Source: Bacteroidota bacterium
Lineage (GTDB): Bacteria; Bacteroidota; Ignavibacteria; UBA10030; UBA6906
Assembly (NCBI GenBank): GCA_017860635.1
Contig: JAGDMK010000001.1
Location: 15,727 to 79,726, forward strand
DNA length: 64,000 nt
Reading direction: 5' to 3'
The first letter of the stretch is position 1. Each line of letters opens with the position of its first letter. The position numbers were made by a program, and so were the translations under genes. This document shows, in pieces, positions 1 through 8,512 of the stretch. The notes under the pieces were generated by a model. That model did not search any database. It saw only the letters and a program-made list of their open reading frames with translations, and was not told the DNA's origin.

Positions 1-1825
1 GACATGGCTTTGTGACACCTTGCACGCTGCTCCATCGAGTCACAATAATATGAGCATCTATGCATCTGACGCCAACAGAGCATGGGTCTTATTGTTCAAC
101 AAGGTCGCCCAGTCGGGGGGCGGTCTCTTTGCCACAACCGACGGCGGCGTAACATGGAAAGAGGACCCGACGGTATTCAAACTTGCAGGCGGCTCTCCTG
201 GCATAATCTATTTCTTTGATGTTGCGAATGGTGTGTGCATTGGCGACCCTCCCGCTGATGGGTTCTATGAAATCTATACCACCTCGGACAGTGGTAGAAG
301 CTGGTCGCGCGTTCCGCGGGAGAATATTCCCGCTCCATTCCCTGGCGAAATGACCATAAGCCATGAGTTCACTGCCGCTGGTAGCTCGCTTTGGTTCCCA
401 CTCTACCATGGGAATGGGAGAATCTTCAGAACAACCGACAAGGGTCTGACATGGTCGGTTCTTGTGTATCCAAATATGCAGTATGGTCCGTACCCGACGA
501 TAGAATTTCAGGATGAAAAGGTCGGACTCGGCAGTGGCGATTGGGGAGAAGTGGAGAAGACAACCGACGGGGGTGTCACGTGGACGACGATCCCCACATC
601 GATGAGACTCGCATTTCAAGACCTCGATTATGTCCCGCACACACCGGGAATGTACGTCGCAAGTGCAGCGTGGTGCGACAGCTCTCTATTGCAGAAATAC
701 CACTATGGTACCGTATACACCCTGGACGCTGGGGCCCACTGGACTATTGCCACTGCATCGACAGCGGCGACCCCTCCAGCCACCTTTAGCCTTCCAATCA
801 TGAGTTTCGCCACTCCAACGTCAGGTTGGCAAGGCGATAATTCCCAGAATATCTACAAATGGACAGTGCCACCAGGAAGGACCGTGGGAGTATACCCTGA
901 CTCATTAATCTTCTCGATGATTACAGCAGGGCGAAGAAGTGATACGCTCTCCGTGGATTTCGTGAACCATGGACGTGACGCAGTGACGGTGTCGAGCATT
1001 ACCCTGTCGGGGACAGAATTTGCTGTGATTAGGCCGCCGACACTGCCGACCACTGTTTCCTCGCTTGGTTCAGTGAGAGTCGAAGTCTGTTTTACCCCAC
1101 TCACAAAAGGCACCCACCATGATTCCCTCGTCTTTGTGAGCAATGCCGCCAATGTCCCGCGAGCAAGCGTACTGTTGGGGGTTTATGCCACACCGTACCT
1201 GATTCTCGCACCGACGGCTATTGACTTCGGGCAAAAAGACGTCAACATGGCATCTCTCGACACTGCGCTCATCGTGACCAACCTCGGCGGAGCGGATGAT
1301 TCTATCTCAATAAGTGTGGATGCTGTTAACATCGTGCCAGATACGGCCATCTCTGTCTCACCCATGGGATTCATCCTTCCTGCCGGCGGTTCGCAGGCTT
1401 GCACCGTGCACGTCAGGCCCCGGCTGTTGGCAAGTGGTTCGTATTACTATGCTTTCGTCCAGATGAACTCACAACTCTCGGTCGTCACGCCGCAGCTGGA
1501 GGGGAGCATCTCGTTCAACCTCATCGGCACACTTGGGGTACGCGAAGCGGAAGGGCTCCCAACGCAATTCGCATTGCGGCAGAACTACCCCAACCCGTTC
1601 AATCCGAGCACGACCATCAAGTACGAGTTGCCCAGATCATCGGAAGTCAGATTGAGCGTGTACGATATGCTCGGGCGCGAGGTGGCGATTCTCGTGAATG
1701 AAAGAATGAACGCGGGAGTTCACGAAGTGAAGTTTGACGGTTCTGGTCTTGCGAGTGGTGTGTATCTATACCGAATGTGGGCGGGAGAGTTCGTGGCGAC
1801 GAAGCGCCTCCTCTTGTTGAAGTAA
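1..1825 (+). CDS. BNR/Asp-box repeat secreted protein with Ig-like middle domain and T9SS C-terminal sorting domain (5' partial; the reading frame is open to the window edge)
   Basis: Frame 2 has no stop between nt 2 and the first listed codon. Four S-x-D-x-G-x-T-W motifs are present (TTDGGVTW, TSDSGRSW, TTDKGLTW, TTDGGVTW). The C-terminus 'NYPNPFNPSTTIKYELPRSSEVRLSVYDMLGREV..GVYLYRM..KRLLLLK' is a T9SS type-A CTD. Confidence 0.75.
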   Translation, partial: TWLCDTLHAAPSSHNNMSIYASDANRAWVLLFNKVAQSGGGLFATTDGGVTWKEDPTVFKLAGGSPGIIYFFDVANGVCIGDPPADGFYEIYTTSDSGRSWSRVPRENIPAPFPGEMTISHEFTAAGSSLWFPLYHGNGRIFRTTDKGLTWSVLVYPNMQYGPYPTIEFQDEKVGLGSGDWGEVEKTTDGGVTWTTIPTSMRLAFQDLDYVPHTPGMYVASAAWCDSSLLQKYHYGTVYTLDAGAHWTIATASTAATPPATFSLPIMSFATPTSGWQGDNSQNIYKWTVPPGRTVGVYPDSLIFSMITAGRRSDTLSVDFVNHGRDAVTVSSITLSGTEFAVIRPPTLPTTVSSLGSVRVEVCFTPLTKGTHHDSLVFVSNAANVPRASVLLGVYATPYLILAPTAIDFGQKDVNMASLDTALIVTNLGGADDSISISVDAVNIVPDTAISVSPMGFILPAGGSQACTVHVRPRLLASGSYYYAFVQMNSQLSVVTPQLEGSISFNLIGTLGVREAEGLPTQFALRQNYPNPFNPSTTIKYELPRSSEVRLSVYDMLGREVAILVNERMNAGVHEVKFDGSGLASGVYLYRMWAGEFVATKRLLLLK

Positions 1826-1835
1826 ACATGGCCGC

Positions 1836-2085
1836 GGACATACAAGGCCAGCGATTGTATCCAAGGTTGTCAGCGAAGCCGGAAGAGATTCCGGCTTTGT
1901 CATTTTCTCAGCCGATAGTGTTCCGGCGAATCGAAGGCCGATGGTCGACAAATTGTAGACCGGAAGTTGAGTTGGTCTACAAAAAGCGTTGTGCACAAAC
2001 ATTCGAAATCGAGAATCGCGTAGTATTCACAAGGCCTTCTGGGTAGTCAAATCTTGACGCTGAATCGCCAGTACCATTCGAATCG
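1836..2085. repeat. Downstream element (DE) copy 1: conserved hairpin-rich 3' element found after several T9SS cargo genes
   Basis: Near-identical sequence recurs at 7970-8155, 15613-15890, 22803-23010 and 32780-33075. It contains a perfect inverted repeat 'aagccggaagagattccggctt' and 'ggtctacaa..ttgtagacc'. Confidence 0.7.
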
Positions 2086-2224
2086 GTCTCAGTCCTTGAC
2101 TTCCCATCCTCAGGAGATCCTGGCTGCATGATAGGATTTTCCTGGCTCCATAGATTCTGCTCCTCGCACCTGGGACCGTGTCTTAAACTTGCCCCTCCTG
2201 TTGTGCCTCCTGTTGTGCCCATCC

Positions 2225-2372
2225 TGTTGTTGACATTGCCTGAAAGCCGGAGTATATTTGCTTACTTTTGGCATGATGGCTTCCCCAGCCATCGAGCCGC
2301 CGCTCTGGACCCTGTAACGGTTCCTCCGTAGTAGAGCCTTCCCCGACGACCCCCTGGCTGTAAGCCTCGATG
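2225..2372 (+). promoter_or_regulatory. Promoter element (PE) copy 1: TTGACA(2230-2235)-N17-TATATT(2253-2258) followed by a conserved hairpin RNA/leader (GATGGCT..AGCCATC)
   Basis: Consensus sigma70-like -35/-10 boxes with a 17-nt spacer. The block recurs at 15962-16112, 23120-23265 and 25770-25980, with a fragment at 20052-20100. Confidence 0.55.
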
Positions 2373-3962
2373 CATCTGTTCGTCCATTCCGCCATTGGCC
2401 GAGATGGAATCCCGTCACGAAGGCAATCGGCAAATTATGCAGTGATCCGCCACGGTAACAAGAATACGTCAATAGTCGTCTTTCTCCTCCTGCTCGTTTC
2501 GGGAGTATTGACGGGTGTGTCATACCTCTCCATGCAATCCTCTCTTGCCTGGTTCTGTCTCATACCCTTGTTCTATGTCCTTCAGAAACAAGACGCCAGA
2601 GGATCATGTCTTTGTTGTACGGCATACGGAATTGTCACATCTGCCGTTCTCTGCTACTGGGTCATTCCTGTCGCGACAAGATACTCGGGTGTCTTGACAT
2701 TCTACTCGATGCTCCTGTACGGTGGTGTTGTCCTGTACTTCTCGCTGTATTCCGCTCTCTTCGGAGTGGGATACTATGTCCTGCGCACTCGCTCGGCGAA
2801 CACGATCCTCTGTGGTACCTCTGTTGCAGCTTTCTATGTGCTCCTTGAAGTGTTTCGGATGAAACTCCTCCCTGGTTCACCATGGTGTCATTATCCTCTT
2901 GCATGCTCCCAGGCCCGAAACTCGATCATCATTCAATGGGCCGCCATTGGCGGACCTTCTCTCATTACGTTTGGCATAGTGTTCGCAAACTACGCCGCGT
3001 CGCAATTCCTGCTGAAAAGAGAAGTGAAGTCACTCACGATGGCTGCGGTCTGTGTTCTCGTATTTGCCGGGGGAGGTGTCGTTTTGAAAAGTGCTGGCCA
3101 TGAGATCATCGATGACAGGTTGGAGGCGGTTCTCCTCAACGACAACATTGCCGCCGAAGCACGGTGGAATGATCAAACCGGTGACTCCCTGGCTGCTTTG
3201 TTGTTCAGATTGAACGAAGAGGCAGCACGCTACGATCCGGATCTTTTTGTGTGGTCGGAGACAGCTATTCCCTGGAAATTCGAGCCGGACGATGAATTCG
3301 TTCCCAAGGCATTGAGCATTACGCGTCGCTCAAAGGCGAATCACCTGATGGGTATGTGGTCACCCTCAGTCCGGAACAGTCAACTCGTATACAACTCGGC
3401 ATACCTCATCAGGAGTGACGGGAGAATTGCGGACAGATATGACAAGACAATCCTCCTCGATTTCCTTGAGAGGCCATTCAAGGGGGGCGCACTATCGGTT
3501 CTCCCTTTCTTCAACACGAGCAGATACAACAACGTGATTCCCGGCAGATCGCAAAACCTGATCATTTCCGGGAAGGCACGTATTGGTATGCTGATATGCA
3601 ATGAAAGCCTGTCCGAGGAGATGTATGTGCACTACGACAAAGCGAATGCGAATCTCCTCGTCGTGATGAGCAATGATGCCTGGTTTGAGGATACTCCCCT
3701 GCAGATGCATCATTTCTACTTTACGCGGATTGGGGCTGTGATGATCGGAAAGGATGTCATCGTCAACAGCAACAGGGGAATCGTAGGCGTGATTCGAGGC
3801 AATGGTGACATGGAATCCGTTCCGCAATCCGATACGCCGAGAGTAGTGCATTGCGTGGCCCGCCTATCCTCGAAGACGACGCTCTACTCCACGGTCAGTG
3901 GTTTCACTATCCCCCTCTATGCATTGCTGGCAGGTCTGTCAATCGTCATAAGGAGGAAATGA
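2370..3962 (+). CDS. lnt: Apolipoprotein N-acyltransferase
   Basis: N-terminal polytopic membrane region plus C-terminal CN-hydrolase domain. Catalytic-triad contexts match Lnt: 'VWSETAIP' (Glu), 'YDKTILLDF' (Lys), 'LICNESL' (Cys). The exact start is uncertain. Confidence 0.6.
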   Translation: MHLFVHSAIGRDGIPSRRQSANYAVIRHGNKNTSIVVFLLLLVSGVLTGVSYLSMQSSLAWFCLIPLFYVLQKQDARGSCLCCTAYGIVTSAVLCYWVIPVATRYSGVLTFYSMLLYGGVVLYFSLYSALFGVGYYVLRTRSANTILCGTSVAAFYVLLEVFRMKLLPGSPWCHYPLACSQARNSIIIQWAAIGGPSLITFGIVFANYAASQFLLKREVKSLTMAAVCVLVFAGGGVVLKSAGHEIIDDRLEAVLLNDNIAAEARWNDQTGDSLAALLFRLNEEAARYDPDLFVWSETAIPWKFEPDDEFVPKALSITRRSKANHLMGMWSPSVRNSQLVYNSAYLIRSDGRIADRYDKTILLDFLERPFKGGALSVLPFFNTSRYNNVIPGRSQNLIISGKARIGMLICNESLSEEMYVHYDKANANLLVVMSNDAWFEDTPLQMHHFYFTRIGAVMIGKDVIVNSNRGIVGVIRGNGDMESVPQSDTPRVVHCVARLSSKTTLYSTVSGFTIPLYALLAGLSIVIRRK

Positions 3963-3963
3963 G

Positions 3964-5745
3964 ATGAAGCCCACATCGTATGCCATCCTGTCCCTTGTGG
4001 TCGTTCTCTGGCATGATGTTGCTTCCGCCAATGGAGGTCAGGTCGCGTGGAGATGGAGAAACGATGACGGCGATGTCTATAGCGCCACGTGGAAAGACTC
4101 TGCAAACACTCCGGTCGTCCTGACGCAGTATGAGAATATCCGACTCAGGATAGAATACCTGGTCGGCGAGGTGAATGTCTGGAGTGTTTCGCTTCGCTAT
4201 ACGGAGTATCCAGATATCAATAGTTCCTGGATTCCGATAACCAGTGTCGATACCGGGAGGTTCTTCATCTCACCATCTCCACATCTCATTGATGCGATGT
4301 CATATTTCGACAACCAACTTCTCCCCCCATACAATCCCGACAATGTGTATCGCAGGACCCTTGCATTCGATTCATCATGCGCCTACCGGATGGTTGATGA
4401 GGAATCCTCTGTTTACGAGCTGGAGTATTCACTGAAGCCGACAATGAACATCCAACCGGGCTCGGCGTATTTCTTCTCTTGTTTCCTGGACGACTCGCCG
4501 ATGAACTCCGGGGCAGATTGGGAGCGTGCTGTTCTTCTGACACCTCCCGTCAGCTGGAGATCACAATCAATAGGCAGACGGTATACGCTCAATGATATCT
4601 TTTTCGTTGATGGGAGTACCGCAACTGCCGTCGGCAGCGGTGGCTCGGGGGGAAGAATATTCAAGACAGTAGACGCTGGAAAGACGTGGATCGATCTGCC
4701 ACTTCCGGCGTGTAAGGGCCTGAGCGCAGTTCAATTCGTGAACGCTGAAGTGGGAGTCGCTGTTGGCTCGGACGGGACAATTCTCAGAACCACGGATGGC
4801 GGGCAGAACTGGTTGTTCGTGGCAAGCACGGACGGCTTCAGATACTTGTCGGGTGTTGCCTTTTCTGATGAACAGAATGGGACAATCGTTGGTGGCTATT
4901 CCGGAGGAGGAGGAGGAATAATGCTTCGTACGACCGACGGTGGTGAGAGCTGGTTTCAACAGCAATGCCCGACCAGCAACTCTCTCCTCTCAGTGTGTTT
5001 CTCAGGCGCAGATCAGGGGATTGCTGTTGGTGCCGCGGGAACTATCGTGAGAACGACAAACGGCGGCGAACACTGGTTCGTGCAATCGAGCGGGACTACA
5101 CGCCGTCTTCGTGATATTTGCTTTTCGGATGCGAACCATGGAACGATTGTTGGTGAAGATAGCGGCAGAGGAGTAGCACTCCGGACATCAGATGGGGGAA
5201 TCACGTGGACATCAGTGCATATCGAAGGGCCTGTACTGAATGCGGTGTGTTTCGCGGACAACAGTACGGGCTGGACGGTCGGAGTCGGTGGCTGGATGTG
5301 CAAGACAACGGACGGGGGACTGAGTTGGAAGAGACTGACGAGCGGTACTTGCCGGTCGTTGTGCTCCGTTCATTTTGTCAACAGCGAAATCGGCTGGGTT
5401 GTGGGCGAGGGCGGGACAATCCTCAGAACCACAAACGGCGGAACAACTTCTGTCGATAATGACAAGCTTCTCACAGTGCCAACAGAGACCGTGCTGCTGC
5501 AGAATTACCCCAATCCCTTCAATCCGAGCACGACCATTACGTACCATCTGCCGAAATCGTCGCACGTGAGGTTGAGCGTGTACGACATGCTCGGTCGTGA
5601 GGTATCAGTGCTGGTGAACGAGAGGCGGGACGCCGGGGCGCACCAAACACGCTTCCAGGCATCGGAGCTGTCAAGCGGTGTCTACTTGTACCGGCTGATG
5701 GCTGGAGAATGCATCCGTACAAAGAAGATGATGGTTCTGCGGTGA
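3964..5745 (+). CDS. Secreted Ycf48/BNR-like beta-propeller protein with T9SS CTD
   Basis: Signal peptide 'MKPTSYAILSLVVVLWHDVASA'. Seven T(T/V)DGG..W Asp-box-like repeats (TVDAGKTW, TTDGGQNW, TTDGGESW, TTNGGEHW, TSDGGITW, TTDGGLSW, TTNGG). C-terminal 'NYPNPFNPSTTITYHLP..VYDMLGREV' CTD. RBS 'aaggagga' precedes the ATG. Confidence 0.8.
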   Translation: MKPTSYAILSLVVVLWHDVASANGGQVAWRWRNDDGDVYSATWKDSANTPVVLTQYENIRLRIEYLVGEVNVWSVSLRYTEYPDINSSWIPITSVDTGRFFISPSPHLIDAMSYFDNQLLPPYNPDNVYRRTLAFDSSCAYRMVDEESSVYELEYSLKPTMNIQPGSAYFFSCFLDDSPMNSGADWERAVLLTPPVSWRSQSIGRRYTLNDIFFVDGSTATAVGSGGSGGRIFKTVDAGKTWIDLPLPACKGLSAVQFVNAEVGVAVGSDGTILRTTDGGQNWLFVASTDGFRYLSGVAFSDEQNGTIVGGYSGGGGGIMLRTTDGGESWFQQQCPTSNSLLSVCFSGADQGIAVGAAGTIVRTTNGGEHWFVQSSGTTRRLRDICFSDANHGTIVGEDSGRGVALRTSDGGITWTSVHIEGPVLNAVCFADNSTGWTVGVGGWMCKTTDGGLSWKRLTSGTCRSLCSVHFVNSEIGWVVGEGGTILRTTNGGTTSVDNDKLLTVPTETVLLQNYPNPFNPSTTITYHLPKSSHVRLSVYDMLGREVSVLVNERRDAGAHQTRFQASELSSGVYLYRLMAGECIRTKKMMVLR

Positions 5746-5794
5746 GCTGGCAGTCACCCTGGATTGTCAATATCTCTGTTGAAAGGAGGATGAG

Positions 5795-7939
5795 ATGAAA
5801 ACGCGTTTCCGCTGCCTCGCAATCGTCCCTGTTCTGCTGTGTCCCTCTGCTTCTGCCCAATGGATACAGACGAACGGACCCTACGGCGGAGATGTGCTGT
5901 GCTTTGCCGCAAGCGGCCCATATGTCTTTGCCGGCACTTCGCGGGGTGGTGTCTTCCTCTCCAGCAATGGCGGCACAAGCTGGACATCGGCGGGTGCAGG
6001 GTTGACGCACTACTCTGTCAATGCGCTTGCTGCGAGCGGTGAATATCTTTTTGCCGGGACCGGTGGTGGTGGCGTGTTTCGTTCGACCAATGGAGGCACA
6101 AGTTGGACTGCCGTGAGTTCCGGCTTGACGTGCCGTGATGTCCGATATCTTGCCGTCAGCGGCACCAATCTCTTTGCCGGGACATGGGGCGACGGTATCT
6201 TACGTTCAACTGACAACGGCACAAGCTGGACCGTCGCAGATTCGGCAGGGGAATGCATATCATCTTTGGCAATCAGCGGCACGAACATCTTTGCGGGTGA
6301 ACCCGGCGTCGGGGGTGGGTGAGGAAATGCCTGGACCCTGGGTGGGGTCCGCCTCTCTACTGATAACGGCACAACCTGGGTCAAAGTCGACAACACGCTG
6401 GGCTGCCGGGATGTGCGTGTTCTGGCTTTGAGTCCTCCTTCCGGCGGAGAGAATGTCCCGAACCTCTTTGCCGGGACTTCCAACGGCGTGTTTCGCTCGA
6501 CCGACTGCGGTGCATGGTGGTCGGGCTCGAGTGTTGGCTTGAGTAGCACTGACATCAGGTCTCTTGCCGTCAGCGGCACAAATCTCTTTGCCGGGACGTG
6601 GGGTGGCGGTGTCTATGTATCGTCCAACAGTGGCGCAAACTGGACACGCATCGATTCTGGCTTGACAAACCGTCGAGTCAGATCGGTTGCCGTCTTCGGC
6701 ACCACTCTCTTTGCGGGAACTGATAGCGGCATCTTCCTCTCTGTGAACAGCGGTACAAGTTGGACTGCCGCCAATTCCGGCTTGACGAGCACGTATGTGC
6801 GATCTCTGGTCGTCAATGGCACAAGTCTCTTTGCCGGGACCGAAGGTGAGGGTGTTTTTCGTTCGACCGACAGTGGCACAAACTGGATCACCGCGAGTTC
6901 CGGTCTGACAAACCCTGATGTCAGATCTCTTGCCTTCGACGACACAATCCTCTTCGCCGGGACTGGCGGCGCCGGCGTCTTTCTCTTGAGAGATGGCGGT
7001 ACAAGCTGGAAGGCGGCGAATGCCGACATGAAAGGCGCTAACGTCTATTCGCTTGCCGTCGGCGGCACAAGTCTCTTTGCGGGGACCGAAGGGGCCTTTT
7101 TCCGTTCCACCGACAATGGCACGACCTGGACCAGGGTAGACTTGCCGAGTGATTGTGTCTGTGCTCTCGCCGTCATCCCCTCCGGCAGCGGGACAGGCGT
7201 TACAGAGGTCTATGCCGGAACCTGGGGGGACGGCGTATTTCGTTCGACCGACAGTGGCAGGAGCTGGACGTCGGCGAGTACCGGTCTGACGAGCACCACT
7301 ATCTTGTCTCTTGCCGTCAATCCCGCCGGTGACGGGACTGGCGCCACAGACCTCTATGCTGGAACCTGGGGGGGCGGCGTATTTCGCTCGCCCCAGAGCG
7401 GCACAAACTGGATGGCAGCAAGTACCGGCCTGACGTGCCCCTCGGTCCACGCGTTTACCGCCTCCGGAAAGAATCTCTTTGCGGGAACGACCAACGGGGT
7501 TTTTCTCTCGACAGATCGCGGCACGTCCTGGACGAATACCAGCTTAACAGACGTATCTGTCCATGGTCTGGCGTGTTCCGGTACGAATCTTTTTGCTGGA
7601 ACTCTTGGGTCCGGTGTGTGGCGGCGTCCGCTCTCGGAGTTGGTTACCCACGTTGAGATGCCACCACTCCGCCCGACTTCATTTGCACTACACCAGAACT
7701 ACCCGAACCCGCTCAACCCGAGCACGACCATCAAGTATGAGTTACCCAAATCATCGGAGGTCAGATTGAGCGTGTTCGATATGCTCGGACAGGAGGTATC
7801 TGTCTTGGTGAATGAGAGGAGGGAGGCAGGAGTTCACGAGGTCAAGTTTGACGGTTCAAATCTTGCGAGCGGAGTGTATTTCTACCGACTACAGGCAGGT
7901 GATTTCGTTGAATCGAAGAAACTCGTGCTTTTGAAATAG
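5795..7939 (+). CDS. BNR/Asp-box ~45-aa-repeat beta-propeller cargo protein with T9SS CTD, interrupted by an in-frame TGA at 6320-6322 (candidate recoded or split gene)
   Basis: ORFs 5795-6322 and 6413-7939 are in the same frame and separated only by TGA, with no other stop in between. The upstream part has the signal peptide 'MKTRFRCLAIVPVLLCPSASAQW'. The downstream part has ~12 'NLFAGT.GGGVFRSTDNGTSWT' repeats and the CTD but no signal peptide of its own. Confidence 0.6.
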
Positions 7940-7969
7940 TATCAGGTGATACTAACTAAAAATAGACGT

Positions 7970-8155
7970 GGCCACAGACATACAAGGCCAGCGATTGTAT
8001 CCAAGGTTGTCAGCGAAGCCGCAAGAGATTCCGGCTTTGTCATTTTCTCAACCGATAGTGTTCCGGCGAATTGAAAGCCGATGGTCGCCAAATTGTAGAC
8101 CGGAAGTTGAGTTGGTCTACAAAAAGCGTCGTGCAGAAACATTAGAATTTGGGAA
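7970..8155. repeat. DE copy 2 (truncated)
   Basis: About 90% identical to 1836-2020, including the 'gccggaagagattccggc' and 'ggtcgccaaattgtagacc' hairpins. Confidence 0.7.
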
Positions 8156-8280
8156 GCCTGGTTCAGCGGGATGGATCGACTCAATGGGTCAGGACTTGGG
8201 TCAGTTCCGACGCTCCTTGTCCTGGGACTACGATGTGAAGCGCAACACCCAGCCACTTAGACAGTCGGAGAGCCATTCAC

Positions 8281-8512
8281 TGCTGTGAAAAAGGCACAAT
8301 TGATAGTTTCTTCCGCATAATTGGTGGCAAAACCGCCTCCGGAGGCATTATCTTTCCGGCATCGACTAATTGATGACCCACACACGCTCCGGACTCGATG
8401 AGGGAGTCGGTGCGCCGCCGAGTGTTTCTGCTTTATCGTCGTACCGACGACCCACCGACTACCATCTCAAATAAGTAATCTCCGACAGCGTTTGCGTTGA
8501 AAGGAGGCCAAG
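8281..8512 (+). promoter_or_regulatory. Conserved upstream leader (UL) of BNR/beta-helix cargo paralogs ('ggcacaattgatagttt..gcataattggtggc....gagtcggtgcgccgccgagtgtttc....gcgttgaaaggagg')
   Basis: Homologous blocks lie at 10753-10995 and 16262-16481. 3' halves lie at 13306-13430, 17748-17883, 20100-20186 and 5760-5794. Each ends in the RBS 'aaaggagg' immediately before the ATG. Confidence 0.5.

Noticed and set aside
1991-2085. tRNA-like T-loop motifs ('ttcgaaatcg', 'ccattcgaatcgg') inside the DE repeat
   Set aside because: No acceptor or anticodon stem arrangement could be built by eye. The motif is part of a multi-copy intergenic repeat.
6311-6322. Phase variation through the G5 tract adjacent to the first in-frame TGA
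   Set aside because: Upstream and downstream ORFs are already in the same frame. A plus-or-minus 1 slippage would break the frame rather than remove the stop.
6260-7450. 396-aa ORF on the minus strand (and the similar 6010-6579, 6613-7029, 8983-9555, 16553-17086, 19146-19724 minus-strand ORFs) rich in 'VPLSVERKTP' repeats
   Set aside because: These are antisense to the BNR-repeat cargo genes. Periodic GC-rich repeats on the sense strand create long stop-free reverse frames. They have no start or RBS context and a low-complexity Pro/Arg-rich composition.
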